Positions 46,675 through 56,732 of a DNA stretch of 64,000 nt are shown piece by piece (positions within the stretch are counted from its first letter, which is position 1; each line of letters opens with the position of its first letter). Origin of the DNA: an uncultured Planctomycetota bacterium (lineage in GTDB: Bacteria > Planctomycetota > PLA2 > JAEUHO01); NCBI GenBank assembly GCA_963752285.1, contig CAVVXN010000005.1, forward strand, positions 224,001 to 288,000, read 5' to 3'. Made by a program: the position numbers and the translations under genes. The notes beneath the pieces are model-generated. The model worked only from the letters and a program-made list of their open reading frames with translations. It was not told where the DNA came from and ran no database searches.

Positions 46675-48534
46675 ATGCGACGGGACGACGGACGGAGGAT
46701 GCGCGGTCGGGCCGGACGCTTCGCCGCGGTGGCGCTCGTGCTCGTCGTGGCCGGAGGGTTCGTCGCGCGGCACCTCCGCGACGCCCCGCCGTCGTCGGGT
46801 GCGACGCGCGCGTGCAGCCTCGCGACGAGGCCCCCGGCCGCGGACGAGGCGCCCGAGACGACGAAGGAGATCGGGCCGGAGGATGTCGTCCCTCCGCAGC
46901 CCGTGGTTCGCGACGCGGCCCCGGCCGACCCCGTCGAGACCGACAACGACCTGCCGGCCGAGGAGTCCGTCGGCGAGGACGGCATCTCCGACGCGCCGTT
47001 CACCGGTCCCGCGCAGAACGGGGCGATCGGGTTCGGCGGGGCACCGGGCGGCCGGTGGCGCCGGGGCGGGGTCGAGGATGCGGTCCACCGAGCGCGTCCT
47101 CCGTTCACGACGGAGGGCTACGACCGGCTGCCCGAGAACCCGTTCGTCCGCACGGCCGACCAGGACGTCTCGACCTTCGCGATCGACGTGGACACGGCCT
47201 CGTACGCGAACGTGCGCCGGTTCCTGCGCGACGAGGGCCGGCTGCCGCCGAAGGACGCGGTGCGGATCGAGGAGCTCGTGAACTACTTCTCCTACGCGTA
47301 CGAGCCGCCGCCGCCGGGCAGCGAGCACCCCTTCCTTTGGCACGCGACGATGGTCGGGTGTCCCTGGGCGCCGGCGCACCGGCTGCTCCGCGTCGCGTTG
47401 AAGGGGCGGGTGCTCGACGCGGCGACACGACCCGCGGCGAACCTCGTCTTCCTGATCGACGTGTCGGGCTCCATGAACGCGCCGAACAAGCTGCCCCTCG
47501 TGCAGAGCGCCCTCGGGCTCCTCGTGCCGCTGCTCGACGCCCGGGACCGAGTCTCGATCGTCGTGTACGCCGGCGCGGCGGGCCAGGTCCTGGCGCCGAC
47601 CTCCGGCGCCGAGCACGAAGCGATCCGCGAGGCGGTCGATCGGCTGCGCGCCGGCGGATCGACGAACGGCGGCCAGGGGATCGAGCTCGCGTACCGGTGC
47701 GCCGTCGAGAACCGGATCGAGGGCGGGGTCAACCGGGTGATCCTGTGCACGGACGGCGACTTCAACGTCGGCGTGAGCGACCACGGCGCCCTGACCCGGA
47801 TGATCGAGGCGAAGGCGAAGCAGGGCGTGTTCCTGACCGTGCTCGGGTTCGGGACGGGCAACCTGAAGGACGACCTCCTCGAGCAGCTCTCGGACCGCGG
47901 CGACGGGAACTACGCGTACGTGGACGACCTCGCCGAGGCGCGGAAGGTGTTCGTGGAGCAGGGGCTCTCGACGCTGGTGACGATCGCGAAGGACGTGAAG
48001 ATCCAGGTGTTCTTCAACCCGGCGAAGGTCGCGGGCTGGCGCCTCCTGGGCTACGAGGACCGGCGCCTCGCGAAGCAAGACTTCAACGACGACACGAAGG
48101 ACGCGGGCGAGGTCGGCGCGGGCCACGCGGTGACCGCGCTCTACGAGATCGTCCCGGCGGGCCAGGGCGTGCCGGGCCCCGTCCCCGCCGACCCGAACCC
48201 GTTCGTGGCGGCCGGCGGCGCGCCGTCGCTCGGGGCGAACGCGTGGCTCCGCGTCCGCGCGCGGTACCAGCCCCCCTCCGGCGGCGCGAGCACCCTCCTC
48301 GAGCAGGACGTCCCGGACGGCGCGCTGCCGTTCGAGGCCGGCGACCTCGACCTCCAGTGGGCCTCGGCCGTCGCGGGCTTCGCCATGATGCTCCGCGACG
48401 ACCCCGAGAAGGAGCAGTGCTCCTGGGCCCTCGTCGAGGAGATCGCCCGCGCGGCGCGAGGCGACGACCCGCACGGCTACCGCGCGGAGATGCTCCGCCT
48501 GGTCGAGCTGGCCCGGAGCCTTGCGCAGCCTTGA
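46675..48534 (+). CDS. VWA domain protein, YfbK/DUF3520 family
   Basis: STFAIDVDTASY, VRIEELVNYF, MIDAS DVSGSM, TDGDFNVG, TIAKDVKIQV, DAGEVGAGH.VTALYE. Confidence 0.92.
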   Translation: MRRDDGRRMRGRAGRFAAVALVLVVAGGFVARHLRDAPPSSGATRACSLATRPPAADEAPETTKEIGPEDVVPPQPVVRDAAPADPVETDNDLPAEESVGEDGISDAPFTGPAQNGAIGFGGAPGGRWRRGGVEDAVHRARPPFTTEGYDRLPENPFVRTADQDVSTFAIDVDTASYANVRRFLRDEGRLPPKDAVRIEELVNYFSYAYEPPPPGSEHPFLWHATMVGCPWAPAHRLLRVALKGRVLDAATRPAANLVFLIDVSGSMNAPNKLPLVQSALGLLVPLLDARDRVSIVVYAGAAGQVLAPTSGAEHEAIREAVDRLRAGGSTNGGQGIELAYRCAVENRIEGGVNRVILCTDGDFNVGVSDHGALTRMIEAKAKQGVFLTVLGFGTGNLKDDLLEQLSDRGDGNYAYVDDLAEARKVFVEQGLSTLVTIAKDVKIQVFFNPAKVAGWRLLGYEDRRLAKQDFNDDTKDAGEVGAGHAVTALYEIVPAGQGVPGPVPADPNPFVAAGGAPSLGANAWLRVRARYQPPSGGASTLLEQDVPDGALPFEAGDLDLQWASAVAGFAMMLRDDPEKEQCSWALVEEIARAARGDDPHGYRAEMLRLVELARSLAQP

Positions 48535-48579
48535 CCGGGAGGGCGCGAACGGCCCGTACCTCCCGCGTGCGCCGCTACG

Positions 48580-50967
48580 ATGAGCGCCATGCGCGCGCGA
48601 GGGAGTGCCGTCGAGGCGAGTCATCGTGCCCCCGCGGTCCGAACCGTTCCCCGGCGCGGCGCGCGCGCGAACGCCCGCGAGACGGTGGCCCGGGCCGTGG
48701 CGGTCGCGTCGCTCTTCCTGTTCGGCCTGCTCGGCGGCGCTTCGGCGAACGCGGCGGACGACGCGGACGCGAGCCTGCTGCTGCGCCTCTCCACGCCGGG
48801 GCGTGAGGGCCGCGCCGCGGCGCTCGCCGACTGGAGCGCGCGGTCCGAGTACGCGCGGGTCTCGCTCCTGCGGCGCTTCCTCCAGGCCGACGCCCCGGAC
48901 CTGGCGCGCCTCGCCGCGGCCGAGATCGGCGCCGACTACCTCTCGCTCGACGAGATGCACCGGTGCACGGCGCTGCTCGGAGGGCGTGTCGAGGCGGCGC
49001 TCTTCCCCCCGTTCCTCCGCTGGGGCGTCGGCGGGGCATCCACGGTGGGGTCCCCGGACGTCGTGCCGCTCTTCCGCGCGCTCGCGGAACGAACGAAGTC
49101 GCCCGCGAAGACGGTGCTGGACGGTCTTTCCCGGACCGCGGTCCCGGACGAGATTCCCGACCTCGTCCCGCTCCTGGACCGGGGCGACGACGAGTACGTC
49201 CGGAGCCTGCTTTCGACCATCTCGTCCCTCGCCGTCGCGGACCGTCGGGACCGCTACCGCGGCTGGGTGGCACGGGCGCTCGACTACGGCCTTCGCGTCC
49301 GAGCCGGAGCGCCTCGCCCCGCGCTGGAGCCGGGCCCCCTTCCCCTCTCCGACGGGCCCGGCCTCCCAGCGGCCTTCCGGGCGATCGCCTCCGCGCTGTG
49401 GGGGTTCGGGGAGGGTGCCGACACGCGCGAAGGATCGGTCCTGGACCTCGCGGCCGTCCCGGCCCTCCAGGGCTGGCTTCGCCGGTGGGCCCACGGGCTC
49501 GAGCCGGTGGACGCCGACGGTTTCTTCGTCACGGACCTCGTGCGGGCCGACGGCGTCGATGTCGGGATGCGGTTCTGGGCGATGAAGCACCTCCTCAGGC
49601 TTTCCCCCGACTGGGGGGGACGGGTCGTGGGCGACCTCGCCGCCGGGACGGACGACGCCGCGGCCGCGGCCTCGGCGGCCCTGGCCCTCGCCGGGCGGCC
49701 CGACGCGTGGACGCGGATGCTCGCGCTCGACGAACCCCCCGGACCCGTGGCGATCCTCGCGTGGGCCGTCGATCCCGAGTCGGCACGGCGGCGCTGGCTC
49801 GAGGCCCTCGTGAAGACGGACGCGCTACGGGGCTCGTACGTGTTCGATCTGTCCCCCCTGGCGCGACAGCAGATGGCGAGCGCGTTCTCCGTCCGGATCC
49901 GCGACGAGGACCTCCGATGGATCGCCGACCGCCTCCGCGAAGGCGCCGCGCCACCGGGCGACACCGCCTTCTTCTTCGCACGCGTGCTTCCTCGAGCCCT
50001 GACGCCCGCCGAGGTGGGAGCGCTCGCCCATCGGCTCGAGGACCTGCCGAGCGTGGAGGGGAAGGACTTCTCCGCCGCGGACGTGCCGGAGGACGTGCTC
50101 GGTTGGCTGGAGGTCGGGAACCCCGACGCGTTGAAGCGACTCCTCGGCGCGTGGCTCCCGCTCGTCCCGAGAGACGACCGCGCGCGGGTCCTCGCGTGGC
50201 TCGCTCGGCTCGGCGACACCGCGCACGTCGATGAGATGGTCCGCACGTGGTCCGAAGGGAGCGACAGGGAGCTCCGACGGGACATCGGCCACGTCGCCGA
50301 TCCTCGCGTCGAGGCCATGCTCCTCCAACGCCTCGCGGGCGACGACCGGGACGAGGCCGAGCTCGCGTTCCTGGCGCTCGCGGTCGAGCGCGGGATCCCG
50401 GACGCCGTGTTCGAGGGGGGCTGTGACTTCCCCGAACCCGCGGACGACGCCTCGTGGGCCCGCGCGGTCGGGCTCATGTCCCGCGGGGACGCGGTGGGTG
50501 CGATCCTCGCCTGGCCGCCGGACGTCGGTCGGCTCGGTCTCGTGAAGGACCCCCGGGTCGTCGCGGCGTTGCGAAGCGTTCGATCCGAGCGGGGGAACGG
50601 CCTGTACTGGGAGGCCACGGCCGGTCTGGCCCTCCTCGGCGACGCCGAGGCCCGCTCCGAGATGCTCGGTCTCGTGCGCGAGGGGCACACGTGGCTCTTC
50701 GACCGATTCGACGATCCCCTGCTCCTCTCGCTCGACGGCGACCCGGAGGTGATCGCGGCCTGGGTGGCGCACGTGGAGTCGAACTGCTGCCTCGGCTGGC
50801 AGGCCCAGCAGGTGCTCCGCGCGCGGTTCCCGACCCTGCCGCTGGAGAGTGACGCCGGGGGGACGACGACCTCGGCCGAGGCGGCGGCGTGGCTCGCGGC
50901 GCACGAGGGCCGCCTTCGCCACAGCCGGATCCTCGGCGGTTGGATCCCCGGCCCGGGAGCCGACTGA
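48580..50967 (+). CDS. Large hypothetical alpha-helical exported protein
   Basis: 795-aa ORF with signal-like segment and HEAT-like repeats; C-terminal ESNCC. Start uncertain. Confidence 0.7.
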   Translation: MSAMRARGSAVEASHRAPAVRTVPRRGARANARETVARAVAVASLFLFGLLGGASANAADDADASLLLRLSTPGREGRAAALADWSARSEYARVSLLRRFLQADAPDLARLAAAEIGADYLSLDEMHRCTALLGGRVEAALFPPFLRWGVGGASTVGSPDVVPLFRALAERTKSPAKTVLDGLSRTAVPDEIPDLVPLLDRGDDEYVRSLLSTISSLAVADRRDRYRGWVARALDYGLRVRAGAPRPALEPGPLPLSDGPGLPAAFRAIASALWGFGEGADTREGSVLDLAAVPALQGWLRRWAHGLEPVDADGFFVTDLVRADGVDVGMRFWAMKHLLRLSPDWGGRVVGDLAAGTDDAAAAASAALALAGRPDAWTRMLALDEPPGPVAILAWAVDPESARRRWLEALVKTDALRGSYVFDLSPLARQQMASAFSVRIRDEDLRWIADRLREGAAPPGDTAFFFARVLPRALTPAEVGALAHRLEDLPSVEGKDFSAADVPEDVLGWLEVGNPDALKRLLGAWLPLVPRDDRARVLAWLARLGDTAHVDEMVRTWSEGSDRELRRDIGHVADPRVEAMLLQRLAGDDRDEAELAFLALAVERGIPDAVFEGGCDFPEPADDASWARAVGLMSRGDAVGAILAWPPDVGRLGLVKDPRVVAALRSVRSERGNGLYWEATAGLALLGDAEARSEMLGLVREGHTWLFDRFDDPLLLSLDGDPEVIAAWVAHVESNCCLGWQAQQVLRARFPTLPLESDAGGTTTSAEAAAWLAAHEGRLRHSRILGGWIPGPGAD

Positions 50968-50994
50968 CGTGGGCTTCGCGGAGGCGAGGAAACC

Positions 50995-51777
50995 GTGAGC
51001 GAGACTCCTTCGGATCCCTGGTCGCGCGTCGACTACCGCCGAATGATCCTCTGGGAGAAGCGGATCCGGCGGGAGGCGCCCATGCTCCGCCGCCTCCTCG
51101 AGAAGGCGCCCGAGAGGAGCGTCGTGGACCTCGGCGCGGGCACCGGAGAGCACGTCGCGTTCTTCGCGGGGGAGGGCGCGCGGGCGGTCGGTCTCGACCG
51201 CTCCGCGGAGATGGTCGCCAAGGCCCGCGACCACGAGGCCGCGGGCCACGGTCGATTCCTCGAGGGCGATCTGCTCGAGGCCGACCGGGTCCTCGCCGGC
51301 GACGCCCCCTTCGGGCTCGCGATCTGCCTCGGGAACGTCCTGCCGCACCTGGGCGACGACGACGCGATCGACCGCCTCGCCGCCGTGCTCCGCGCGATCC
51401 TCCTCCCGGGCGGCATCGCGTGGATCCAGATCCTGAGCTACGCGAAGCTCCGCGCCGAGGACACACGGGCGCTCCCCGTGAACGTCCGCGAGGAGGAGGA
51501 CGGAACACGCACCGTCTTCCTGCGGCTCATCGAGCCCGATGGCGACCGCTGGATGCGGTTCTACCCCACGGCGCTCACGCTCACGCCGGGCGCCGAGGAG
51601 CCGGTACGGGTGGTCCGGAGCCGCGAGGTGAGGCTTCGAACGTGGACGCGTGAGGACCTGGTCCGCCCGCTCGAGTCCCACGGGTTCGAGGTGGTCTCCT
51701 TCGGCGACGTCGAGGGTGGCCCGTATGATCCCCGCACCTCGTCGGACCTCGTCCTCGAGGCGCGGCGGACGACGTGA
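50995..51777 (+). CDS. Class I SAM-dependent methyltransferase
   Basis: VVDLGAGTGEH, GLDRS, CLGNVLPHL, LLPGG. Confidence 0.88.
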   Translation: MSETPSDPWSRVDYRRMILWEKRIRREAPMLRRLLEKAPERSVVDLGAGTGEHVAFFAGEGARAVGLDRSAEMVAKARDHEAAGHGRFLEGDLLEADRVLAGDAPFGLAICLGNVLPHLGDDDAIDRLAAVLRAILLPGGIAWIQILSYAKLRAEDTRALPVNVREEEDGTRTVFLRLIEPDGDRWMRFYPTALTLTPGAEEPVRVVRSREVRLRTWTREDLVRPLESHGFEVVSFGDVEGGPYDPRTSSDLVLEARRTT

Positions 51778-53465
51778 CGGCACCCCCGATCCCCTCTCCC
51801 TCGAGCCTCGCGCGGGTCGGCCTGGGCCTCGGCGTGCTCGCGCTCGCCCTCTTCGCGTACCTTTACGATCTCGGTGGTCTCGAGATCCCGCGGACGGGCG
51901 ACGAGCCGCCGTACGTTCACGTCACGCGCCTCACGGCCGCGAACGGCCGACTCCTTCCGCTCCAGGGGGAGCAGGGCCTTCGGAACACGAAACCCCCGCT
52001 CCTCTTCTGGATCGGGGCGGTGGCGACGGCTTGGGGACGGCACTTCGATCTCTTCCACCTGCGCCTGCCGATCGTCCTCTTCTCTCTCGGGACCGCCTGG
52101 CTCGTGTTCGGCGTGGCGGCCCGCCTCGGCGGCGACCGGCGCTCCGGCGCGATCGCCGCCCTCGCCTTCCTCGCGTTCCTCTCGACGTTCCAGTACGGCC
52201 GCCCCTTTCTCGTGAACATGCCGGAGACGTTCTTCGTCTTCCTGCCGTTCGCGGGGGGTCTGACCGACCCCCGGCGCCTCGGCTCGCGCGGCTACTGGGT
52301 CGCCGCGGGGCTCTCGATCGGCGCCGCGTGCCTCGTGAAGTCGTTCGCGCTCGTGGCGCCCGTCGGCGTGGCGTTCGCGGTCTGGCTCTACGTGCGGGCG
52401 CGCCGCCGGAGGCGCCGGCCGACCCCCGCCGAGGTCGGGTGGGTGGCCGCGTCGCTCGCGATCGCGCTCTGCTGCTTTGCGCTCTGGCCCCTGCTCGACC
52501 CGGACCCGGGCGCCGTTCTCCACGACTTCGTGCTCGGCGAGAACGCCGCGAAGGTCGCCGGCGGGGGTTGGGTCCGAAGCCTCGTCTCGCCGACGCACGG
52601 GCTCTGGACGACGCTCCTCGGACCCTTCTTCAACGCCGGGATCCTCGCGTTGCCCCTGGCGTTCGTCTGGTTCGACGCGTGGCGGAGGCGCCGCGACCTC
52701 TCCGACGCCGAGGTCGGGCTCTGGTCGCTCGCGCTCGCGTTCGTGGTCGTGTTCTCGATCCCCGCGCACCGCCAGGCGAACTACCTGATCCCGGCGAGCC
52801 CCGCGTTCGCCGTCCTGCTCGGGCTCGCCTGGGAGCGGATCCCGCGGGGCCTCCTCCGCGTGACGGCCCTCGCGCCGGCCGGCGTCGCGCTGGTGGCCCT
52901 CGGCTTCCTCGTCCTGGTCGCGACGCGCGTGCTGTCGTTTTCGGCGTGGGCGCCCTGGCAGATCGCCGTCCCCGCGGCGACGCTCGCGTTTTCTGTCTTG
53001 CTCGTCGTCCGGGGCGACCTCGTGCGGCTCGGGCTCTTCCCCGCCTGCTTCGGCGCGCTGCTCTCGATCGCGTGCGCGGCCGCACCGTTCGACGGTGCCC
53101 CGGGCCGGTTCGACCCGGCGACGGTCGCGGCTGTCCGCGGGCGGCGCGTGTGGGTGCCGTCGAGCTTCCGCGCCCGCGAGGAACGCGCTCGCTTCCTCCT
53201 CCCCGGCGCCGACGTGCGCGCGTACCCCGCGAAGGACGCCGCGCGGCGCGACGCGCTCGTCGCCGGGCCCGACGTCGTCGCCGTGGACCTCGGTCCGGGC
53301 GAGGCGCCTCCGGCGGGGGCGAAGACGCTCGGCGCGCGGTGGGCGCTCCGCACGCGCCAGACCGGGTCGGAGATCGAGGATCTCCTGCTCCACGGCCGCG
53401 CGGACGTGCTCCTCCAGCGGGAGGTGCTCCTGGCGCCCACCTCCGTCGGAGACGGGCCCCGATGA
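51774..53465 (+). CDS. ArnT-like membrane glycosyltransferase
   Basis: GDEPPY...NTKPPLLFW and many TM helices; GTGA and ATGA overlaps with its neighbours. Confidence 0.8.
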   Translation: MTAPPIPSPSSLARVGLGLGVLALALFAYLYDLGGLEIPRTGDEPPYVHVTRLTAANGRLLPLQGEQGLRNTKPPLLFWIGAVATAWGRHFDLFHLRLPIVLFSLGTAWLVFGVAARLGGDRRSGAIAALAFLAFLSTFQYGRPFLVNMPETFFVFLPFAGGLTDPRRLGSRGYWVAAGLSIGAACLVKSFALVAPVGVAFAVWLYVRARRRRRRPTPAEVGWVAASLAIALCCFALWPLLDPDPGAVLHDFVLGENAAKVAGGGWVRSLVSPTHGLWTTLLGPFFNAGILALPLAFVWFDAWRRRRDLSDAEVGLWSLALAFVVVFSIPAHRQANYLIPASPAFAVLLGLAWERIPRGLLRVTALAPAGVALVALGFLVLVATRVLSFSAWAPWQIAVPAATLAFSVLLVVRGDLVRLGLFPACFGALLSIACAAAPFDGAPGRFDPATVAAVRGRRVWVPSSFRAREERARFLLPGADVRAYPAKDAARRDALVAGPDVVAVDLGPGEAPPAGAKTLGARWALRTRQTGSEIEDLLLHGRADVLLQREVLLAPTSVGDGPR

Positions 53466-54694
53466 AGATCGGATTCCAGCGCTTCGTCGATCGACGGCTC
53501 GGGTCGCTCCTCTGCGCGCTGGTGACCCTGCGCGCCCGCCTCCTGCCCCGGCCGGAGCCCGAAGGCGACCCGCGGCGGATCGTCGTGATCCTGCTCTCCG
53601 AGATGGGGAGCCTCGTCCTCGCGCGACCGATGTTCGAGCGCCTTCGGGCGCTCTACCCCGGCGCCGAGGTGCACGCGCTCGTGTTCCGGCAGAACCGGGA
53701 GATCCTCGACCTGCAGTCGCTCGTGCCGGTGGCGCACGTCCACGCGATCCGAAACGACTCGTTCTTCCACCTCCTCCTCGACATGCGTCGCGAGCTCCGT
53801 GCGCTCCGGCGCCTCGGCACGGACGTGGCGATCGACTGCGAGCTCTTCGCCCGCGTCGGCGCGCTCTGTTCCTGGTTCAGCGGCGCCGGGATCCGCGTGG
53901 GTTTCCACCCGATGACGCAGGAGGGCCTCTACCGGGGTGGCCTCGTGAACCGGCGGGTCCTGTACAACCCGTACCAACACGTGGGGCGACAGTTCGTGAC
54001 GCTCGCGGAGGCGATTCGCGGTGGGGGCGTCCCGGTCGCGAAACGCGAGGTCGAGGAGCGTTTGCCCGTGCTCCCGCGGCTCGCGCTTCCGGCGGCCGAC
54101 GTGGACCGGCTCGTCGATCGTCTGCTCCACGACCATCCCGTCCTCGCGGGACGGCGGCTCGTGCTGGTCTCGCCCGCCGGCGGTCTGTTGCCCATCCGCG
54201 CGTGGCCGATCGAGCACTGGGTGGCGCTCGTACGGGGGCTCCTCGACGACGGCCACGCCGTGGGCGTGCTCGGGCTCCCCCGCGACCGCGACGTGGCGCA
54301 GGACCTGGCGGAGCGCGTCCCGGACGAGCGCCTCGTGGACCTCACGGGCTGGACGAGGAGCGTGCGCGAGGTCCTCCTGCTGTTTCACCGCGCCGCGCTC
54401 CTCGTCGCGAACGACGGAGGCCCCGGGCACTTCGCCGCGATCACGCCCGTCCCGGCGATCGTGCTCTTCGGGCCCGAGACGCCGGTCCTCTACGGGACGC
54501 TCGACGACAAGTCGGTGAATCTCAGGACGAACCTCTCGTGTTCGCCGTGTCTCACGGCCTACAACCACCGACGCTCTCCCTGCGACGGCGACAACGTCTG
54601 CCTCAAGAGCATCCCTGCCGATCACGTGCTCGGTCTCGCGCGCGACGTGCTCGCGCGCGACGGCGCACCGCCGCTCGCGGTCCCGTCGGCCTGA
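53462..54694 (+). CDS. Glycosyltransferase family 9 (heptosyltransferase-like)
   Basis: SEMGSLVLA, RAWP, DLTG, ANDGGPGHFA, LFGPETP, CSPC...C...CL. Confidence 0.88.
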   Translation: MKIGFQRFVDRRLGSLLCALVTLRARLLPRPEPEGDPRRIVVILLSEMGSLVLARPMFERLRALYPGAEVHALVFRQNREILDLQSLVPVAHVHAIRNDSFFHLLLDMRRELRALRRLGTDVAIDCELFARVGALCSWFSGAGIRVGFHPMTQEGLYRGGLVNRRVLYNPYQHVGRQFVTLAEAIRGGGVPVAKREVEERLPVLPRLALPAADVDRLVDRLLHDHPVLAGRRLVLVSPAGGLLPIRAWPIEHWVALVRGLLDDGHAVGVLGLPRDRDVAQDLAERVPDERLVDLTGWTRSVREVLLLFHRAALLVANDGGPGHFAAITPVPAIVLFGPETPVLYGTLDDKSVNLRTNLSCSPCLTAYNHRRSPCDGDNVCLKSIPADHVLGLARDVLARDGAPPLAVPSA

Positions 54695-54783
54695 GAGTGG
54701 AGGGCAGGATGGGGCGGGACGCGCGCCCGCGCGCGCCCGCGACGGAAGAGGGAGCGTAGAGGCGCGGCCGGTACGATCCCGAG

Positions 54784-56187
54784 ATGGCCGACTCCAGCCC
54801 CTTCACCGAGATGCGCCCGCTGCGCGTCGCCGTCGTAGGCGCCGGGCCAAGCGGGTTCTACGTCCTCCAGGCCCTCCTCCGCGAGAAGACGACGCCCGTC
54901 TCGATCGACCTGCTCGACCGTCAGCCGGCGCCGTACGGACTCGTGCGCTACGGCGTCGCGCCCGACCACCCCAATATCAAGGCGGTGACGAAGGTCTACG
55001 ACCGTCTCGCCACGGACCCGCGCGTGCGCTACTTCGGAGGCGTAGAGGTCGGCCGCGACCTGGGCGTCGCCGATCTCGCAGTCTTCTACGACGCCGTCGT
55101 GTACTGCACGGGTGCGCAGACCGACCGTCACCTCGGCGTCCCGGGCGAGGACCTCGCGGGGAGCCATCCGGCCACCGCGTTCGTGGCCTGGTACAACGGC
55201 CACCCCGACTTCGGGGCGGAACGGTTCGACCTCGATTGCGAGCGCGCGGTGGTCGTCGGCGTCGGCAACGTGGCGCTCGACGTCGCCCGCATGCTCGTCC
55301 GGACGCCCGACGAGCTCCGGAAGACCGATGTGGCCGACGACGCGCTCGCGGCGCTGACCGCGAGCCGCGTGAGAGAGGTCGTGATCCTCGGCCGGCGCGG
55401 GCCGGCGCAGGCCGCCTTCACGGTCGCGGAGCTCGAGGAGCTCGCGAAGCTCGAGGGGGCCGACGCACGGACGAAGGAGGAGGAGGTCGCCCTCGACGCG
55501 CTCAGCCGTGCGGACCTCCAGACGAGTCCCGACCGACTCACGGAGTCGAAGCTCGTGCACCTGCAGGCGTACGCGAAGACGCCGCAGGCGCCGAAGCCCC
55601 GCTCGCTCTGGATCCGGTTCCTCGTGTCGCCCGTCGAGCTCCTCGGGGACGACGAGGGGCGCGTCCGCGCGGTGCGCGTCGTCAGGAACTCGCTCGTCCG
55701 CGCCAAGGACGGCTCGCTCCGGCCGCTCCCGACTCCGGAGGAAGAGGTGATCGAGGCCGGCCTCGTGTTCCGCGCGGTCGGATACCGCGGCGTCGAGATC
55801 CCCGGGGTCCCGTTCCGCGAGGACTGGGGCACGGTCCCGAACGACGAGGGCCGCGTCCTCGAGACCCCGGGAGGCGCGCCGGTCCCCGGCTTCTACGTGG
55901 CCGGGTGGATCAAGCGCGGCCCGAGCGGCGTGATCGGGACGAACCGGCCCGACGCCCAGGAGACGGTGAACATGCTTCTCGAGGACGTCGCCGCGGGCCG
56001 CGTGGTCCTCGCCCCCAGGCCCGACCCCGGCGCCGTCGTGGACGAGCTCCGGACGCGCGGCGTCCACTGGATCGACTTTCCCGCGTGGCAGCGCCTCGAC
56101 GCGCAGGAGGTCGCCGCCGGACGCGCCGCGGGTCGCCCGCGCCGCAAGCTCGTGCGGCGCGAGGACTTCCTCGGCGGGGTCGAGTAG
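54784..56187 (+). CDS. Ferredoxin--NADP+ reductase, adrenodoxin reductase/FprA type
   Basis: VGAGPSG, PYGLVRYGVAPDH, FVAWYNGHP, GNVALDVAR, GRRGP, GWIKRGPSGVIGTN. Confidence 0.92.
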   Translation: MADSSPFTEMRPLRVAVVGAGPSGFYVLQALLREKTTPVSIDLLDRQPAPYGLVRYGVAPDHPNIKAVTKVYDRLATDPRVRYFGGVEVGRDLGVADLAVFYDAVVYCTGAQTDRHLGVPGEDLAGSHPATAFVAWYNGHPDFGAERFDLDCERAVVVGVGNVALDVARMLVRTPDELRKTDVADDALAALTASRVREVVILGRRGPAQAAFTVAELEELAKLEGADARTKEEEVALDALSRADLQTSPDRLTESKLVHLQAYAKTPQAPKPRSLWIRFLVSPVELLGDDEGRVRAVRVVRNSLVRAKDGSLRPLPTPEEEVIEAGLVFRAVGYRGVEIPGVPFREDWGTVPNDEGRVLETPGGAPVPGFYVAGWIKRGPSGVIGTNRPDAQETVNMLLEDVAAGRVVLAPRPDPGAVVDELRTRGVHWIDFPAWQRLDAQEVAAGRAAGRPRRKLVRREDFLGGVE

Positions 56188-56202
56188 GGGGGCCGACGGC
56201 GG

Positions 56203-56688
56203 TCAGAGCGCCGCCGCGCCCCTCAAGGTGGAGACGAGCCCCGCACGGTCCGTCCGCGCCGCCGTCTCGAACGCGCGGGTGAGCGAGCGCGCGAGCTCGA
56301 GGTCGTGGATCCTCGAGCCCGTGCGCTCCTCCTGCATCATCCGCGTGAGGGCCGGGAAGCGCCCCTCGAGCCCGCGCAGGAAGGGCCAGAGCCGGTGGTC
56401 GCCCCGCTCGAGGTCGGCCGCGAGGTCCAGGAACACCTCGGAGAGCCAGCCCCGGAGCGGACGGTCCTCCTCGAAGACCTGGAGCTCGCGGAGCGTCCCC
56501 GCGAGCGCGTCGAAGATCGCGGCGCCGCCCGCCGACCACGCGCGCACGATCTCCAGGAAGGGGCGCCCCTTGTCGTTCCAGAACACGAGGGTGCGGTAGA
56601 GGTGGTAGACGGCCTGGCCCACGCGCCGGCGCTGCTCGTTCGTCCCGAGGACCAGGCGCTTCAGCTCGAGGTCGAGCTCGGTCTCCAC
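56203..56688 (-). CDS. Hypothetical protein (~161 aa)
   Basis: Coding-like tail (VETELDLELKRL...) of the long minus-strand ORF, directly downstream of ppk1. Confidence 0.65.
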   Translation of the reverse strand: METELDLELKRLVLGTNEQRRRVGQAVYHLYRTLVFWNDKGRPFLEIVRAWSAGGAAIFDALAGTLRELQVFEEDRPLRGWLSEVFLDLAADLERGDHRLWPFLRGLEGRFPALTRMMQEERTGSRIHDLELARSLTRAFETAARTDRAGLVSTLRGAAAL

Positions 56689-56732
56689 GGCGCCGACTCT
56701 ACCCGGCGCGCCGCCCGCACCCGTCGGTGGGG